Assembly: GCF_000150275.1 (NCBI RefSeq)
Contig: NW_002060943.1
Span: forward strand, 3,926,008-3,990,007
Length of the DNA: 64,000 bases
Direction: 5' to 3'
Source of the DNA: Trichoplax adhaerens
Taxonomy: Eukaryota; Animalia; Placozoa
Shown here: one piece after another, positions 13,301 to 26,958 of the stretch
How the letters are laid out: each line of letters starts with the position of its first letter
How positions within the stretch are numbered: position 1 is the stretch's first letter
The notes under the pieces: model-generated
Database searches by the model: none
What the model saw: the letters and a program-made list of their open reading frames with translations, nothing else
What the model was told of the DNA's origin: nothing
Position numbers and translations under genes: made by a program

Positions 13301-15475
13301 AGTCATTAAAACAAGCCGACCGATCGATGATCAATTATAACTATTATTACCCCTAACTGTTCTACCTTGCCAATCGGTGTACTGGATATTTGAATTTCCT
13401 AATTTAAAACAATTAATTACTGCAGTCATTGAATTCCAGTATGAGTACTCGAGACCGTAATCAAGTCCAGTCCAATTTGTAGTTAAAAATGGTGGATTTG
13501 GCCATAGAGATAAAGGTCATGACCTCAAAGGCAAGATGAATATACGCGTACGTAGCATTACATTTGGATACGTCGTCTGTCGAAATGAAAGCAACAAAAT
13601 CCAATAAATGTCTAAATGTTAATACTGTACAAAGACTACTCGCCTGCAACTATCTTTAGTGAATTAATAAGCTGAGACCTTGCATAACCTGTAGTATCGA
13701 CATAGAATAGAGCGCAGTTTGGGTACAGAGTAATCGTCATCACGACTAAGACAATAATATATTCAATAACATTAACTAGAATACATTACAACAATAAATG
13801 ACCTTTTGCCATGACGTAGCAGAACCCCATCAAGTTTAAAATTAATTCAATGACCCATAATGGCTACGGCCAAGGGCGACTCAACACTATATCATTACCC
13901 ACTTAAAGGTACCTTTAAGATATCTTGAAAGATGTGTTGTTGAGTAATCCTTGCTACCGTACATTAACCTTAAAATGCATCCACATATCGTACGATGGGT
14001 ATTTTGTATCAACATAGCTAAAGGACATCTCTCTAACCATGATAATTTCTTTTAAGAATGAGATCCCGTTATTTGAATTTGTAATTCTGAAGACAGTGTT
14101 CTAGCGTTGTTTGTTCTTACTATACTATCATATATCGATGCAATTTGATTTATTGGCAGCTATTGTGTAGTGGTGGTTTGGTGTGCTATCCATTATCCCG
14201 AGTTAAGAATCGAATCGACATTTCGTTAAGATATCAAGTTATTTCCCAAACCTTACTATTTGGTTAATATGTAGTATTCAAGTAGTGATCTCGAATGCTC
14301 TGTAGTATATATGTTGACATATACACATTTGGTATGATTTTTTCGCGATCAATAAATACAACGTGCTAACCACCCAAAAGATTGGTACTATCAATAATCG
14401 TTTGTCATGAAAGTGTAAGGTCCAGAAGATCGTGCATGCATTGTACAGTATAACACACTCATCGACCATGCATTCATGAATTAAGTTAGTTGAAGTAGAA
14501 AAATTGAATCGTTGACATGTTTTGATTGCAGCAGATTGATGGAATGTAACCGTTTGCTTCTCTACTGTATCATAAGTGAATAATACGAATACCGCTGATT
14601 AAGGCGATATGGAATTTTCTAATAGACGTGTTAAGCATTCCATAAGGTAGCAAAATGGTTGATGACTACTGTAAAAAGTAGTGAAAATGTAAACAATCCA
14701 TCCTTGATCCACGTTGCCGGCGGACCAGTATTGCAAGCAAGCGTATCTCCATTTCTATTGACTAGTCTCCTCGGATAAATGCGCCCGCCCAAACTTGCAG
14801 ATATTTTACGCTGCAAATGATATGACTACTGTACTGTATGTCGTATTGAATTACGGCTCAGTAGGACGAAAAATTTGAGGATAAATCATGTTTCGTTGCT
14901 TTCAACTGTACAACACCACTGCATAATAATAATTCATGGCCAGAGTGTGAAATGTTTACTTTGATAAGCTCATTCTGAGCAAACTGGTGGAAGATGGCTG
15001 AATAGAATGGTATGTAATTGATTATTTGCATAATCAAAGTAATTACTGTCATCGCTGGCTTCCAAATCCGATGATCAAACATTGATGTAAGACCCAGAGA
15101 GGATTTTTGTCAAGTGTAAAATGTTTACTTGGCAATTGAAGCAATCTAGGGTGAACGATGGCATTCAACCTATCCTTGCTAACATAGTCGAGCTGAGAAT
15201 AGAATGATGAGCATAATCAAATCATCGATCAGCGATATTGTAAAGTCGAGATTGAGAATGCACGATCATCTTGTAGATACGCTACTAGAGGCAGAGCTAT
15301 CTTTTGCCTGGAATTCATCATCATCGTATCTAACATTGTTGTTTACAGCTGATACAAGTACAATAGTGACTTTAGTACAACTTTGATGGCCAATGTCTTA
15401 CCTGGAATTTTGGGCCGGTAATTTATTATCTTGTGCAGCTATTTTAGCGTCGTCATGATCTTCTCCTCCAGCCAT
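7358..15475 (-). CDS. ABCG half-transporter, protein white-like (multi-exon)
   Basis: Spliced translation gives Walker A MGASGAGKTT (~11290-11130), [10 protein letters not shown], signature GISGGEKRR (~10600), Walker [49 protein letters not shown]; TAG at 7358-7360. Putative exon 1 (15475-15402, [11 protein letters not shown]...) ends AG|gtaaga and joins in frame to the exon starting at 11845. Confidence 0.93.
12414..12766. mobile_element. Foldback / MITE-like long inverted repeat (~155-bp arms, short AT-rich spacer) in intron 1 of the ABCG gene
   Basis: Left arm atcatatttctcatcacgcgtgatttaagt...tgaacgattttagttctgtcgaacat...acagagcaaacattattcata is the near reverse complement of right arm tatgaataatgtttgctctgt...atgttcgacagaactaaaatcgttca...acttaaatcacgcgtgatgagaaatatgat. 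No ORF; no TSD identified. Confidence 0.7.
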
Positions 15476-15584
15476 TTTTCTGTGCCTTTTGATGCAGCGT
15501 TTTTCCTGATATTCTTCGTTAATATCGCGAATTTATCGACAGAAAAGTTGCCAGCGCCAAGAGATAATCGTCTTATCTATCGAC

Positions 15585-16190
15585 GCCTACTGTACGTGAC
15601 TTTAATATAGGGGTGACGATACAATACAGTACGTGGCGTATTACCATTTCGCCGGCAACCTTGGCGATGGACAATATTGCAAAAGTTGGCTACAATTCGA
15701 AGTACTGTAAGCCAGTGTACTGTACACTGTACACGTGGACATTTTGGGCTACTGTACAGTACAGTACTGTACTGTACTGTCCATTGTCCATCACAAATGC
15801 AGTCAATCCAATATACTGTACACTACTGTACAGTACGTACTGTACACTGTACAGTATGACCTCGATCGAATGTAACCATTGAACATTTGACCCTAATCCT
15901 GGCTGTGATGTACACTCTTGCAGCCTGTAGTGATGGAGAAGCAAGAAAATTACAGTACTGTACAGTAAGTTCATGTTATCATGATAATCTATCTTCGGAG
16001 ATATCCTTCTACGGGCATATATATAAAAATACTATGCAGGGATTTCAACGGAATACAACTTTGATTTTTGAACGAAGGGAAGACATGAAAAATAATCAGA
16101 TTGTACAGTACAGTACTGTAAGCACCGGTTCTGTGCGTTGGCGATACTGTACAGTAATGTACAGTACTGCACTCGCGTCATGTACACTGG
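15585..16190. repeat. TACAG/TACTG mixed pentamer cluster upstream of the ABCG start
   Basis: e.g. tactgtacagtacagtactgtactgtactgt at 15750-15780; further runs at ~15812-15856, 15951-15967, 16103-16120, 16145-16169. Confidence 0.9.
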
Positions 16191-17281
16191 ACAGCAACTC
16201 AATCTCCAGAAAAGCAGTTGCTAGGAAACAGCCCCACCGCGCTGCTAGTGGTCTCCCTAATCTTTTACTGTGCGGATAACCGATGGAATAACCTTCTCTT
16301 ATTGTTGTGTATATGAAATATATACAGGACTGTGTACAAATGGACATAGTAACTTGAACGTTGAAAATGGCGTCTTTGAAGATAGAGTAATGTCAGGCAT
16401 ACAGTAATGTACTTTTGCAGTTAGTCAAACAAGTTATACTGCACATGTAATGGTTCCGTACCAGTACTGTACATCGATCTCTTGCTCTTTTCAGCAGGCC
16501 TTGCGCAACGACTGTGTAGTAGCTGGGAAATTAGCTTTACATGGTGGTCATTGCAATTTCTTCTATTCTGTACATCAAAGTATCAAAGATTGATCTCCTG
16601 TTCTTGCAACTCAATATCCTTGAATTAAGTTAATCGATATTGAAGGGAATAACACTCTTCATCACCGACATACATGCACAACGATTGTACATTGCACGTT
16701 ACGTCAAGAGTAGACAAAAGATCAACAGTCAATTCGGTTCGTTTGTTTATTAACAGTAAACTCATTTCTTATAAAGGTACCATCAATTAGGTTACCTTAA
16801 TCCTATCGGTAAAATTAAAAAAAAAATGATTAACTGCAAAGTCTACAATGAAAACGTGATCAATGATAAAAAAGTCAAACTTAAAACTTGAGCACAAAAT
16901 GCAGTATACAGTAATCCTGATCAAGGAGCTAAAATAGAACGATGCATCACTGATTGTAATAGGTACATTATACGTAAGATGGCCAATAGTCATCATGATC
17001 AGCCCATTAAAAAGTGATTGTATCTTCTTTGTAAAATCCTACGAGTTTACAGCACCACTTGGTAAGGGCTTCTTACCATATAGGTAAAGAAACGCGCGCG
17101 CCAGTGTAATCGTTCATCTCAATCAAGGTGCTACGACATCTGACAAATAATACGAGCGTTTCAGCTGCAGTAAGACTACAACATCAGTTAATTTGACGTT
17201 GCTACAAATCTAAAATTCAATTTAAATTTAAGAAATCGTATTTAAATCTTGTTATCCAGTTGCAAAATGAATCGACCGCAG

Positions 17282-20200
17282 TTATAGGCCACCCATGCCA
17301 ACGTCATTGAAATTAAAGAACGCATCAATATCTTGATTTCCTGCACTTGCACTATCCGATAAGTAATACAAGTTACCCATACAGCACCTTTCTAATAATT
17401 GCCTACTCAATTCCAAAACGTTGTCTCCGTTGACCTCTACGCCGATAATATCCCCTACAGTGAAATGTCACAGAATTATGTTAAAGTTATCCATATCTAG
17501 TGGTGGATAGAGAGATTAATTTGGAATAATGATCAATCGACGCAAAATGCATAAACTGTTGCCCGACCTTTTAAGACTTCATCATTATAACGTTCGGTAT
17601 AAAAAACGCGCATAGAGTCTTCTGGTTTCATAGATAATTGCTTTGTTTGTACGACAGTACAGTTGGTCTAAGAAAGATACAAAAATCATTTATAAGTAGA
17701 CAAATCAATATAGCAATCGGTTCAAAACATAACAGATATTAACCTCTTGCTGCAGTTGCTTTACATATTTCAAAGGAGCATCACTGGCAATAGCATCGGC
17801 AAAGAATGCTACTAAACAAGACTAGAAGATCAAAAGATATTCAACATAATCATTATGTGTATCAATATAGTTTTACCCAAATCACACTTTTTCATAAATA
17901 TTTAGATGAAACAATTACGTTTGAAGATAACTTTCTTCTGCATCCCGTAGTAATTGGTACAACACTATCTTTAATTGTGGTCGAGATATCCATAGTCATA
18001 AATTTATCGGACGACGGACGTGGTAAATAATCATCTACAGCTGGGTTCTAAAATTGAATTTTTATCGGCAAAAATTCAATTATGCACCATGGCTTCCAAT
18101 TTTACGTCTTCGTCTTACTTTAATAAAACGATCAATAAGTAATTATATCAATCTGTTATACCTCAGGTATTAACATCCAATTGTTTTCACCAGCAACAGG
18201 GGTAAAATCGTGTATATTGCTCCAATTATTACTAAATACACTTAGCTTGGCAGCAGCAAACTGATCTAAATAATTGTAAAATATGTTTTAACATTATAGA
18301 CTCCAATCGACAAATATTGTTTTAATATCTTTATAAATTTAATCTACCTTTCAATTCTTTATAATAGTATTGAAAACAACCAAATCGAATTGCAGTTGTT
18401 GCTTCTATGATTGGCTGCGTAACACAGTGTAAGAAAATATCCAATTTCTTACAGTCTCGAGTCCTACAGGCAGCAGCACAAAACTTACATTTATCTGATA
18501 TTATAAGGTTAAGTTTACTAACAAGGATAGCAAAGATCCAACTGTGACTGGACTATAATCTAATCTATGCCTTAGATTGGAAAATAATAATTCTATATTT
18601 CTTACCTGAATTGCTGACATGCAAGGGCAATCTGGCAATCAGTGCAATCACGAATAAAGACGCTACAGTTATAAGGATCAGAAGATAAAGGTGATAAAAT
18701 TTTATGTTACTAGAGTTGATCTGATTGATGATTTTAATTTCGGTGTGTACCTCCATTAATTGAATAACTAACCTTCCTTGAATAGGTCCGAGAAAAATAC
18801 GACAATTAGTACAGTCGTCAACAGTAATAGTTGCTGAATGATCGAATATATAAATATTACAGTCCTGTTTTAAGTAAAAAGATTTAAAATCAAATGTAAA
18901 ATTTTAAAAGTCATTCATGATATATAGCAGGTGGGTTCACATGTCAATGCAATAAACGACAATTGTGCACACAGTAGCTTAAGGTTTAAATTTAGACTTG
19001 GAATTAAGATGATGCAACAACATATCTCTTCGGTGCTAATTAACTAGTTGATACCTATAGTATAATTTTACAGTAATACAGTATAAGAAACTGCGGCGAA
19101 CAGTAAGGAAAAATTATTTTAACACAGTTTGCATCCAACCCATACTATAGATTCTGCATTGTGTTACTTAAATCTTCATATACAGTTACAAAGCTTTACC
19201 TAGTATTAGCTCTTTTGACTCTATATCTAAAGTTCATAAGCAATAACTTGATAATTTAAAATGATTGATATCGTATGCATTGCTATACGTAGTAAGAGCG
19301 CATTTTTTTAACATATAATTTTCCATCACGAAATTATTAATTCAATAACTTGTTTAAACCCAATTCTTAGACAAGTTAGGTACGGTATTGACGGCATGAA
19401 AATCTACGCGTGTAGGAGCCTAGAGCAATAGTCAAACTCATAAACATATTTAGATAGTGTATACAGCCATTTTATGTACAGCAATCACTCTTTAGGCTAG
19501 CTTTTAGCGGAGAGAGATTACTATACTCGTGCAGCAGCACTGATATGACTGGCATACAATATAAATCATGCCCACTAATTTATGAATTGATTTTATACTT
19601 TACTGTAATAGGTACGTGCTACATTGCGGCAACTAGGAGCAATAAGACTCCGTTTTGGTAGGTATTTTCAGTTTGATTATTATTATTATGATTTGTTATT
19701 ATCTACTACAGTTTAGTGATCAGGTCTTACCTTGCAGTTATCAATGATAAACTGCTGCCCTTTTACTTCGCCTGGGAGTCGACCAACAGTTTCGCCCGAT
19801 AGATTTTGCAAGGTATAATCTTTAGGGTCTACGCGTTCTCGTCGATCCCTAGTTTATTATGATTAAGATAGTAAATGGAACGGATCGATATTTATTTATT
19901 ATTTTATTGACTGCAGTAAAATAAACTTATCAGTGCTTCGGCATGTTTATAAATCATTAGGTGCTTCATTATCTCTCTCGATACAATGTACAGTACATAT
20001 CGTATATATACATATCTATTACTTAATTAATGCTCGTTCGTGTACTACTCAATTAAGAGGACTAATCCACTTACGGTTAAGATACCCGAAAGCGGTAATA
20101 CAAGAATAAATGGCAGAAATTGGAACGCTGTACACTCAATCACAGTGATAGGAGTAATTCAAATTCTTACTCGTAAGTTGATCATAATGTGCCAACTAAT

Positions 20201-21057
20201 GTACGTATAATTTAATACCTTGTGGTATACGTATCGATCTGTTTATCATATCAACTAGGCTTATTAATTCATTGTAGCATAGTTCTTTTTACATTATATA
20301 GATAGACTTAATTCTTGTTGTAGTCAAAGCAATATTCCATCAAAGTGTTCAATTAAAAGCTCATTTCAGTTCAATAATAAACTAGGTATGCTGTAAACTT
20401 TCGAGTAAAGTCGACCTTACTACTGGTCAGTACATTGAACAATAGTGATAGGCGTGATAATCATTCGATACAGCAAAATCGTGATTTGGAGGTCGATTTC
20501 GTCCTATCGTATAAATTTGGCAGTTTGATCAACTGAAATGATCACTCATCTCCATAGATATATCTTGTAGATGGCATTACAATTGAATGATACTAACACG
20601 ATTTTAAAAACAAATGGAAGGTCTAGGTCTAGAACGTGAACAATGTCGCACGATTCATGAAGGTACGTGTCTGTATTGATCGATATACCAGCGTCCACAT
20701 TTACTGTCTATACTCCTATTTTTATTCTTCCATAATACCATCGCAATCGACAACAATAATTGGAATGAAAATCGATACGAGTATCACATCTTTTAGTGAA
20801 TTATAATAAAATACAGCAAATTAAATTGAAGAGTTATTAATCCGAAACTCTTACTCTTCGTTTATTCAAATCAATTCTATTATATAATAATTGATTATCA
20901 TGCGCACAATCGAACGATCACATCGTCGGTCTAATTACTATCCGATTTTGAGTATACCGTATGACAACGCTATTGCTGTGGCTTACCAACTGTACACTTT
21001 GGGTTCTTCGTGTGCAAGAGCACGCTCATTTCCATATTTCGATCCAAAACAACCCAT
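17282..21057 (-). CDS. RP2: Protein XRP2 (ARL3 GTPase-activating protein, TBCC domain), multi-exon
   Basis: Exon 1 MGCFGSK...EPKVYSW (dual acylation motif), then [13 protein letters not shown]...[41 protein letters not shown] (arginine finger), [17 protein letters not shown], and C-terminus [16 protein letters not shown] (TAA 17282-17284). Closely parallels vertebrate RP2. Confidence 0.95.
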
Positions 21058-21144
21058 GATAAAGTAATGAGAATTGTCTTCAATTGCCGTCCAAATTGGA
21101 AGATCAACTCCAACTAGATATTCAATTTAATCTAACGCTAGGCT

Positions 21145-22150
21145 TTGTTACCGTACTGTACGTCAACCGTCTTGATGATGGCTTCATCAATGATGGATGG
21201 GCAGGTCTGAAAGCTTTGTTGATATTACTATGGTTGATCCGCACGCCGTGCGCAACTCTATAGCAGCATTCTGGTAGAAGTTGATTGCGCAGTAGCTTCA
21301 TGTCATTACGTCATCTACCCATTGTATGTACACTTGTACAGTACAGACACACTCTTGTATACAGTCCACACCAAAGCAGTAAGAATAATACGGACTCCTA
21401 TCCTTTTTGCGGCCATACGAAACGCTACTCTAGCGCTGAAATGATCAAGCGAAGTTGAAATGACCTGCTTCCCATTTTGAGTAATGTATATATGACATAT
21501 ATATAGAACGACCTCTTCCTATTTCGTAGTCCCTTTAATCTATGGCTATAACTGAGCTGCAGTGCTAGCCAAGATCCATATTTAAAATGTTGACTACGAC
21601 AAGGACTATTAGATTCTTGGTAGTCCATGTCCATGACGACGGTCTAGTATAGTACTCTACTGTACTCTATTATTGGAACATTTTATACGAAAAGCTTGCT
21701 TGCTTGCCTAGTGACTGTACACTGTGCAGTATACATGTCATCTACACGATGAACAGTACAGTAAGAAGTGGCTCGGACCGGACCGCTTGGATAAAGCACT
21801 GAAGGTTACTATAGTAACTCTACAGTACTATAGCCATACTGATTCAGCTGCACGGTACAGTACAGTACAATAAAATTGTTAGTACTACAGTATATTGTTT
21901 ACTACCAGACTGCTGCTGCTATCAAGGCTGAAAGTAAAAAATTCAACGTTGAAAATTTCTGTTCCTAGCCCAAGTTCTCTACTCACTTTTGGTATGCATT
22001 ATATACAGTATAATAGATAGATAGATAGATACATGCTTGTTAAACATGAAACTACGGGTATATACGAAATTTTTGTCATATTGCTCCTAGCTGCTACGAT
22101 CATAATAGAATAATAGATAGATACCCGTACAGTAATACATACTGTATATT
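21145..22150. promoter_or_regulatory. Divergent promoter region between RP2 and polyamine oxidase A, rich in TACAG/TACTG units
   Basis: Head-to-head ATGs at 21057 (-) and 22283 (+); clusters such as cggtacagtacagtac (~21853) and taccgtactgtac (~21149). Confidence 0.6.
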
Positions 22151-22282
22151 TTGGGCACATGATTACGTAATCCATCGTTCTGGTGTAAGCTTAATAATCC
22201 ACTTGTATCTTCTTTTTTTTGGATAGCTATACGAATAATTTATAATTTCTGCACGTACTGTGGCATTGACCAACTGATTTTG

Positions 22283-23842
22283 ATGCCATTATCAAGCATG
22301 AATCAACTGCAAAAGACATTTCGAAATAAATTGCGTAAATCGCAATCGTCTAAAAGTGATGCAGATAAAGCTAGCCACCAAACTGATTCATCAACTCCTT
22401 CCATCGATGTTGTCATTATCGGCGCTGGTATCGCCGGTTTAGCTGCAGCTGAACTTCTTTGTGCTGACGGACATTTCAAAGTTACCATACTTGAAGGTAG
22501 TAATAGAATCGGTGGTAGAATTTACACTACGGACCTGGACGATAAATCCAAACTGGAAATAGGTGCACAATTTATCCATGGACATAAAAAGAATCCAATT
22601 TATAAATTGGCAAAAAAATACGGCATTAAAGTTTATAATGAAGCAGACTGCTATAACGAGAAGAGTCTTCACTTAACCGAAAGGGGCGACGTTGTGCGAA
22701 CTTCTAAAGCGATAAAGGCTATGGATTTTTATGAGGATATCCTTAATCAGAGCACCAATCGACAATACTTAAATGAATTACCCAGTAACAGCAATAATGT
22801 TGGTAGTTATATTAAGTGGAAATTAAAGGAAAAGTTATCCACTATCCCCAACAAGGATGAGCAATCATTACTTGCCAGCATATATTCATGCCGCGAAGCA
22901 ATTGAATGTGTTATATCAGCATGTGATTCTCTGCAGGACCTACATCTCCAGGATTTTGGAGACTACATTGAGCTATCTGGTGAGGATAAAGAATTTAAGA
23001 ATGGATTTAGTGAAATTCCACACAAGATAGCTCAAAATATTCCAACAGACGTCTTGCATTTAAATAATCGGGTTCAGAAAATTAGGCGCAACAGCACTGA
23101 TACTGGTCAAGATAATAAGAATGGTAGAGTAACAATTGAGTGTACTAATGCTAAGACTTACAAAGCTGATTTTGTCATATGCACTGTCTCGCTTGGCGTT
23201 TTAAAAAAAGAAGCTGCTGATTTATTCGACTCTAGCTTAAGCGAGAAGAAATTGAAAGTAATTGATCGCATGGGCTTTGGATTAACTGATAAACTATATC
23301 TACGTTACTCTAAACCGTTTTGGAAACATAGAGATTTTTCGTACTTCTTTTATTGGGACGACGAGGATTACAAAGATAGTCGAGGCAAAGGCATCCAATT
23401 AGCGGAAGGCGAAGAGTGGTTACGAAGTATTGTCAATATAGAAACAGTTAGACTTAATTCTGATACTTTAGTAATTTGGATAAGCGGAGAATGTGCTAGA
23501 GTCATGGAGAAACTTTCGAAAAAGGATATATCCAATTCCATTACTCGTGTTTTACAAAAATTTACTGGAATATCCAACCTGCCAGAACCGTACGATGTCA
23601 TCCAAACGAAATGGTTTAGTGACCCCTTATTTTGTGGTTCTTACTCTTATATTAGCACTAGCTCTTGTAGCGATGATGTGGATACTTTAGCTGAACCAGA
23701 AGTGGACGAAGATGGTTGCCCGTTGATTCTTTTTGCAGGTGAAGCTACGCATCGAAACTTTTATTCCACAACCCATGGTGCTTACCTGACAGGTCAAAGG
23801 GAAGCTACGAGAATTATCAATCTAATCAATTCGAATGCTTAA
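22283..23842 (+). CDS. Spermine oxidase / N1-acetylpolyamine oxidase-like flavoprotein A (single coding exon)
   Basis: Rossmann motif [39 protein letters not shown] (conserved Lys), GSYSY, FAGEATH...[10 protein letters not shown]. The first ATG is at 22283; the ORF track starts at an upstream TTG. Confidence 0.93.
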   Translation: MPLSSMNQLQKTFRNKLRKSQSSKSDADKASHQTDSSTPSIDVVIIGAGIAGLAAAELLCADGHFKVTILEGSNRIGGRIYTTDLDDKSKLEIGAQFIHGHKKNPIYKLAKKYGIKVYNEADCYNEKSLHLTERGDVVRTSKAIKAMDFYEDILNQSTNRQYLNELPSNSNNVGSYIKWKLKEKLSTIPNKDEQSLLASIYSCREAIECVISACDSLQDLHLQDFGDYIELSGEDKEFKNGFSEIPHKIAQNIPTDVLHLNNRVQKIRRNSTDTGQDNKNGRVTIECTNAKTYKADFVICTVSLGVLKKEAADLFDSSLSEKKLKVIDRMGFGLTDKLYLRYSKPFWKHRDFSYFFYWDDEDYKDSRGKGIQLAEGEEWLRSIVNIETVRLNSDTLVIWISGECARVMEKLSKKDISNSITRVLQKFTGISNLPEPYDVIQTKWFSDPLFCGSYSYISTSSCSDDVDTLAEPEVDEDGCPLILFAGEATHRNFYSTTHGAYLTGQREATRIINLINSNA

Positions 23843-25455
23843 TCTCATTATACGTTCTCTGTTACCTCACAAATCTAAGGGAATGGTGAAAATTGATTAT
23901 TTATCGATATATTTTTATTTTTGAACCATGTGACTATCGAATAGAGAGAAATTAATGCGCGTATAGTTATTATAGTTATCTTCAAATCAAATTGATCCTA
24001 ATTATTACCTATTGTAGTTAAGCCTAAAATCCAATAGCCAAAAATTTACTTATCGTTTTTATAGTTTTCAAGAGGACACAAAGTTTATTACTTCTTGTAG
24101 ATACATTTCAATACTGGTTTTCTGATACTTGAGTAAATACAATTTCAGCACGACACTAACTAAATTAACAATGCGCAGCAAATGACAATTTTATTTTTTG
24201 ACAAGCTGTAATAAAAGAGTCTGTAGATGTTGTCTGTGTTATCAGGTCGCGTTGCAAAGATGGTTATAAATAAAGTATAATATTGGTACTACTAACATTT
24301 TTAGCAAATGTTTGCAGTTTTTCAGTTTAGTTACGGCATATAAGCATATCGATGTTGTACATTAGAGACCCTCTATTGTACACGTATCGTATTGGTTGTA
24401 TCAGTCTAAGGATTCATATTTTAGGATAGATTTGTAACCTGAATACTGTAATAATATTAAAGGAATGAAGAATCGTACTTCTTTTGCATATCTTTTAAGA
24501 ATTACAACTTTCGATTTAGTATTGTTATGCAGTACAATGGATTATGGTAGAAGTTTTAAATGATCAACGTTAGGTATATTTGCAGCAGTAGAATCTGTTA
24601 TTTTTTCGTATAAGTTATTCGTAAGAACTTATTTGCTAATCAAGTCAAGTTCTATAAAATTTATATTTACTTGTGCGGTGTGTGCAGTATACAGTGTATA
24701 CGTAGGTACAATCTATCTATATATAAGTATATACGTAGGTACAATCTAAATTATCCGCGTCATTCGTGACAGTAGGGTTTATTATTTTTGCAACAGTTAT
24801 TCGTAAGATATCATTTACTACTATAGTCAAGTCCTATTAAGTTTACGTATCTATACTATACGTTTATATGAGTGTTGTGACATACTCGTAGGTAGTATAT
24901 TAGTCATTCGGATGTAGTCAATCGCAATCACAAGAAATTTTATAAGAGAGTCGATTAATTGAATCGTTGCAATTCAATAATCAGGAACAAGATTAGCTCT
25001 TTGTGACGAAAGTATAAAATATTAACATTACTTACGGCTATAATAAGAAAACTAACAATGATCATTTAGATCTCTTCCGATATTTTTTGGTCGAGAATAC
25101 TGTCATTGATCAATAAGCCATTTCAGTTATCAGTATTCACAAACTGTTGCCTACAGTTTAGTGCTACATAATATGGCGTACAATAAAACGGTTTTGATTT
25201 AGCTATTCTCGCGTTTATTTACAGTTAATATGCTATAAATTGCATTCCAACCAATTTATCCTAAATACTTTGAAAGCTTGCCAAAAATATTGCATAGTAC
25301 ACCATCAATGCTAATGTCTTGTTGTATGTGCACGACTGGATGTGCTTCCATTTGTAATTTAGATTCACTACGCGCGCAAATATGACTCGATTATACAGTA
25401 CTATAAACAGCATGAATTAATGATAACAAGCAATTTTAGGAAAGAAAATAATCTT

Positions 25456-26958
25456 TCAAGTTAATCCGTACACCCCCAACAACCTCATTGCTTCCCGTCT
25501 TCCACTAAGATATGCTCCATGCACAGTAGAATAATGTTGTCTATGAGTGGCTTCTCCCGCAAACATAATTAGTGGAGATTTATTCTCTTTGTCCAAAATT
25601 GGATCTTCAATGATCTTAAAATCTTCCCCACTCGCTGCTGTACTAACGTAACTATAAGAGCCACGGGTATGGGGATTGCTATGCCAGCAGGATTTGATGA
25701 TGTTGTAAGGTGGTTGGATAAGAGGGTTATCCATGTACATTTTGAGCAGTTTCGTTAATGAGAGTGAAATTTGTTCATTTGAAAATTTTTCAATTTCTAT
25801 AGCTGGGGAACCGGCTATCCAGAAAACCAGAGCATTCTTACAAGATTGACATGTTGAAACCGCAGATACGTTCCTTAGCCAAGCATCATCATTGGATAGA
25901 AGGCATCTGTCGCTGGGACTTTTGTACTCTTGATCATTCCAGACGAATACTAACCGAAATTGATGACCACTCCAGAATGGCTCTCTATAAAATAGAAATA
26001 CTTTATTAACTGTACCAAATCCAAGGCGGTTAATTGCCTGTAATTTTGGTTGAGGTAAGGTAGGATTAAAAAGAGTTTCAGCCATCTCTTTAAGAACACC
26101 AAGTGATACGGTACAAACGACATGATCAGCTGTATAACTTTTACCGTCCTTGCATATTACATTTATTGGATATACATGATTAGTTTGAGATTTGGAGTCA
26201 TTGGGATCGTTTCGATTGTAAGAAGATGAATCGTTATAATCTACCAGCTCAACTATAGTATTTGTTTGTACAGTCACATTTATTTTCTTCAAATTATTGA
26301 TTAAATGTTGTATTACATTGTCGTAACCACTAGTAAATTCCCAATTGTGACCGTCTAACTCATGATATTCTCCAAAATCTTTCAAATGTAAGTCATGTAA
26401 AGAGTTACACCCAGAAATAGCGCACTCTATTAATTCAAAGCAGTGAAATATGCTTGCAAACGCAGATCTATCCTTTGCATGGACATCGAGGATTCTTCGG
26501 CGTAGGCTATTTCTGAGGAAAGTTCCAACGCTGTTGATACCTTCAGGTAACTGTGCTGCAGGTGCTGTAGCAAAACTTTTGCACATCTCGATGGTACTAT
26601 AATAAGAGTGGCTAGCATTATTTCGTATCGTTTCATCGATATTTTGATTGGATTCGATACCATAACGCAATGCGCTGAAGTCTAGAATCGATCTAGTGAT
26701 TGGTATTTTATTTGCATGGGCAATTTCATAGATTGGATTCTCCGGGGAACCATGGATATAACTGGCTCCAAGTTCGAGGAAAGTAGAATCTTTGTCAATG
26801 TGTTTTGTATTGACACGACCTCCTATTCTCTGACTTGCCTCTAATAGTAGGACTTTAAAGCATGGATATTGACTTAATAGTTCAGCAATCGCTAAGCCAG
26901 ATACTCCAGCCCCAATAATGACTACCTTTAGAGGGCGATTCCAGGAAGTAGTGGCCAT
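25456..26958 (-). CDS. Spermine oxidase / N1-acetylpolyamine oxidase-like flavoprotein B (single coding exon)
   Basis: [51 protein letters not shown]...STVHGAYLSG; a clear paralog of the + strand gene. Confidence 0.93.
   Translation of the reverse strand: MATTSWNRPLKVVIIGAGVSGLAIAELLSQYPCFKVLLLEASQRIGGRVNTKHIDKDSTFLELGASYIHGSPENPIYEIAHANKIPITRSILDFSALRYGIESNQNIDETIRNNASHSYYSTIEMCKSFATAPAAQLPEGINSVGTFLRNSLRRRILDVHAKDRSAFASIFHCFELIECAISGCNSLHDLHLKDFGEYHELDGHNWEFTSGYDNVIQHLINNLKKINVTVQTNTIVELVDYNDSSSYNRNDPNDSKSQTNHVYPINVICKDGKSYTADHVVCTVSLGVLKEMAETLFNPTLPQPKLQAINRLGFGTVNKVFLFYREPFWSGHQFRLVFVWNDQEYKSPSDRCLLSNDDAWLRNVSAVSTCQSCKNALVFWIAGSPAIEIEKFSNEQISLSLTKLLKMYMDNPLIQPPYNIIKSCWHSNPHTRGSYSYVSTAASGEDFKIIEDPILDKENKSPLIMFAGEATHRQHYSTVHGAYLSGRREAMRLLGVYGLT

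Noticed and set aside
15613-16347. Overlapping Tyr/Ser/Thr/Val/Cys-rich ORFs
   Set aside because: Artefacts of stop-poor TACAG/TACTG repeats, open on both strands with no domain.
22303-26663. Short nested or antisense ORFs within the oxidase genes
   Set aside because: Shadow frames of real coding sequence.
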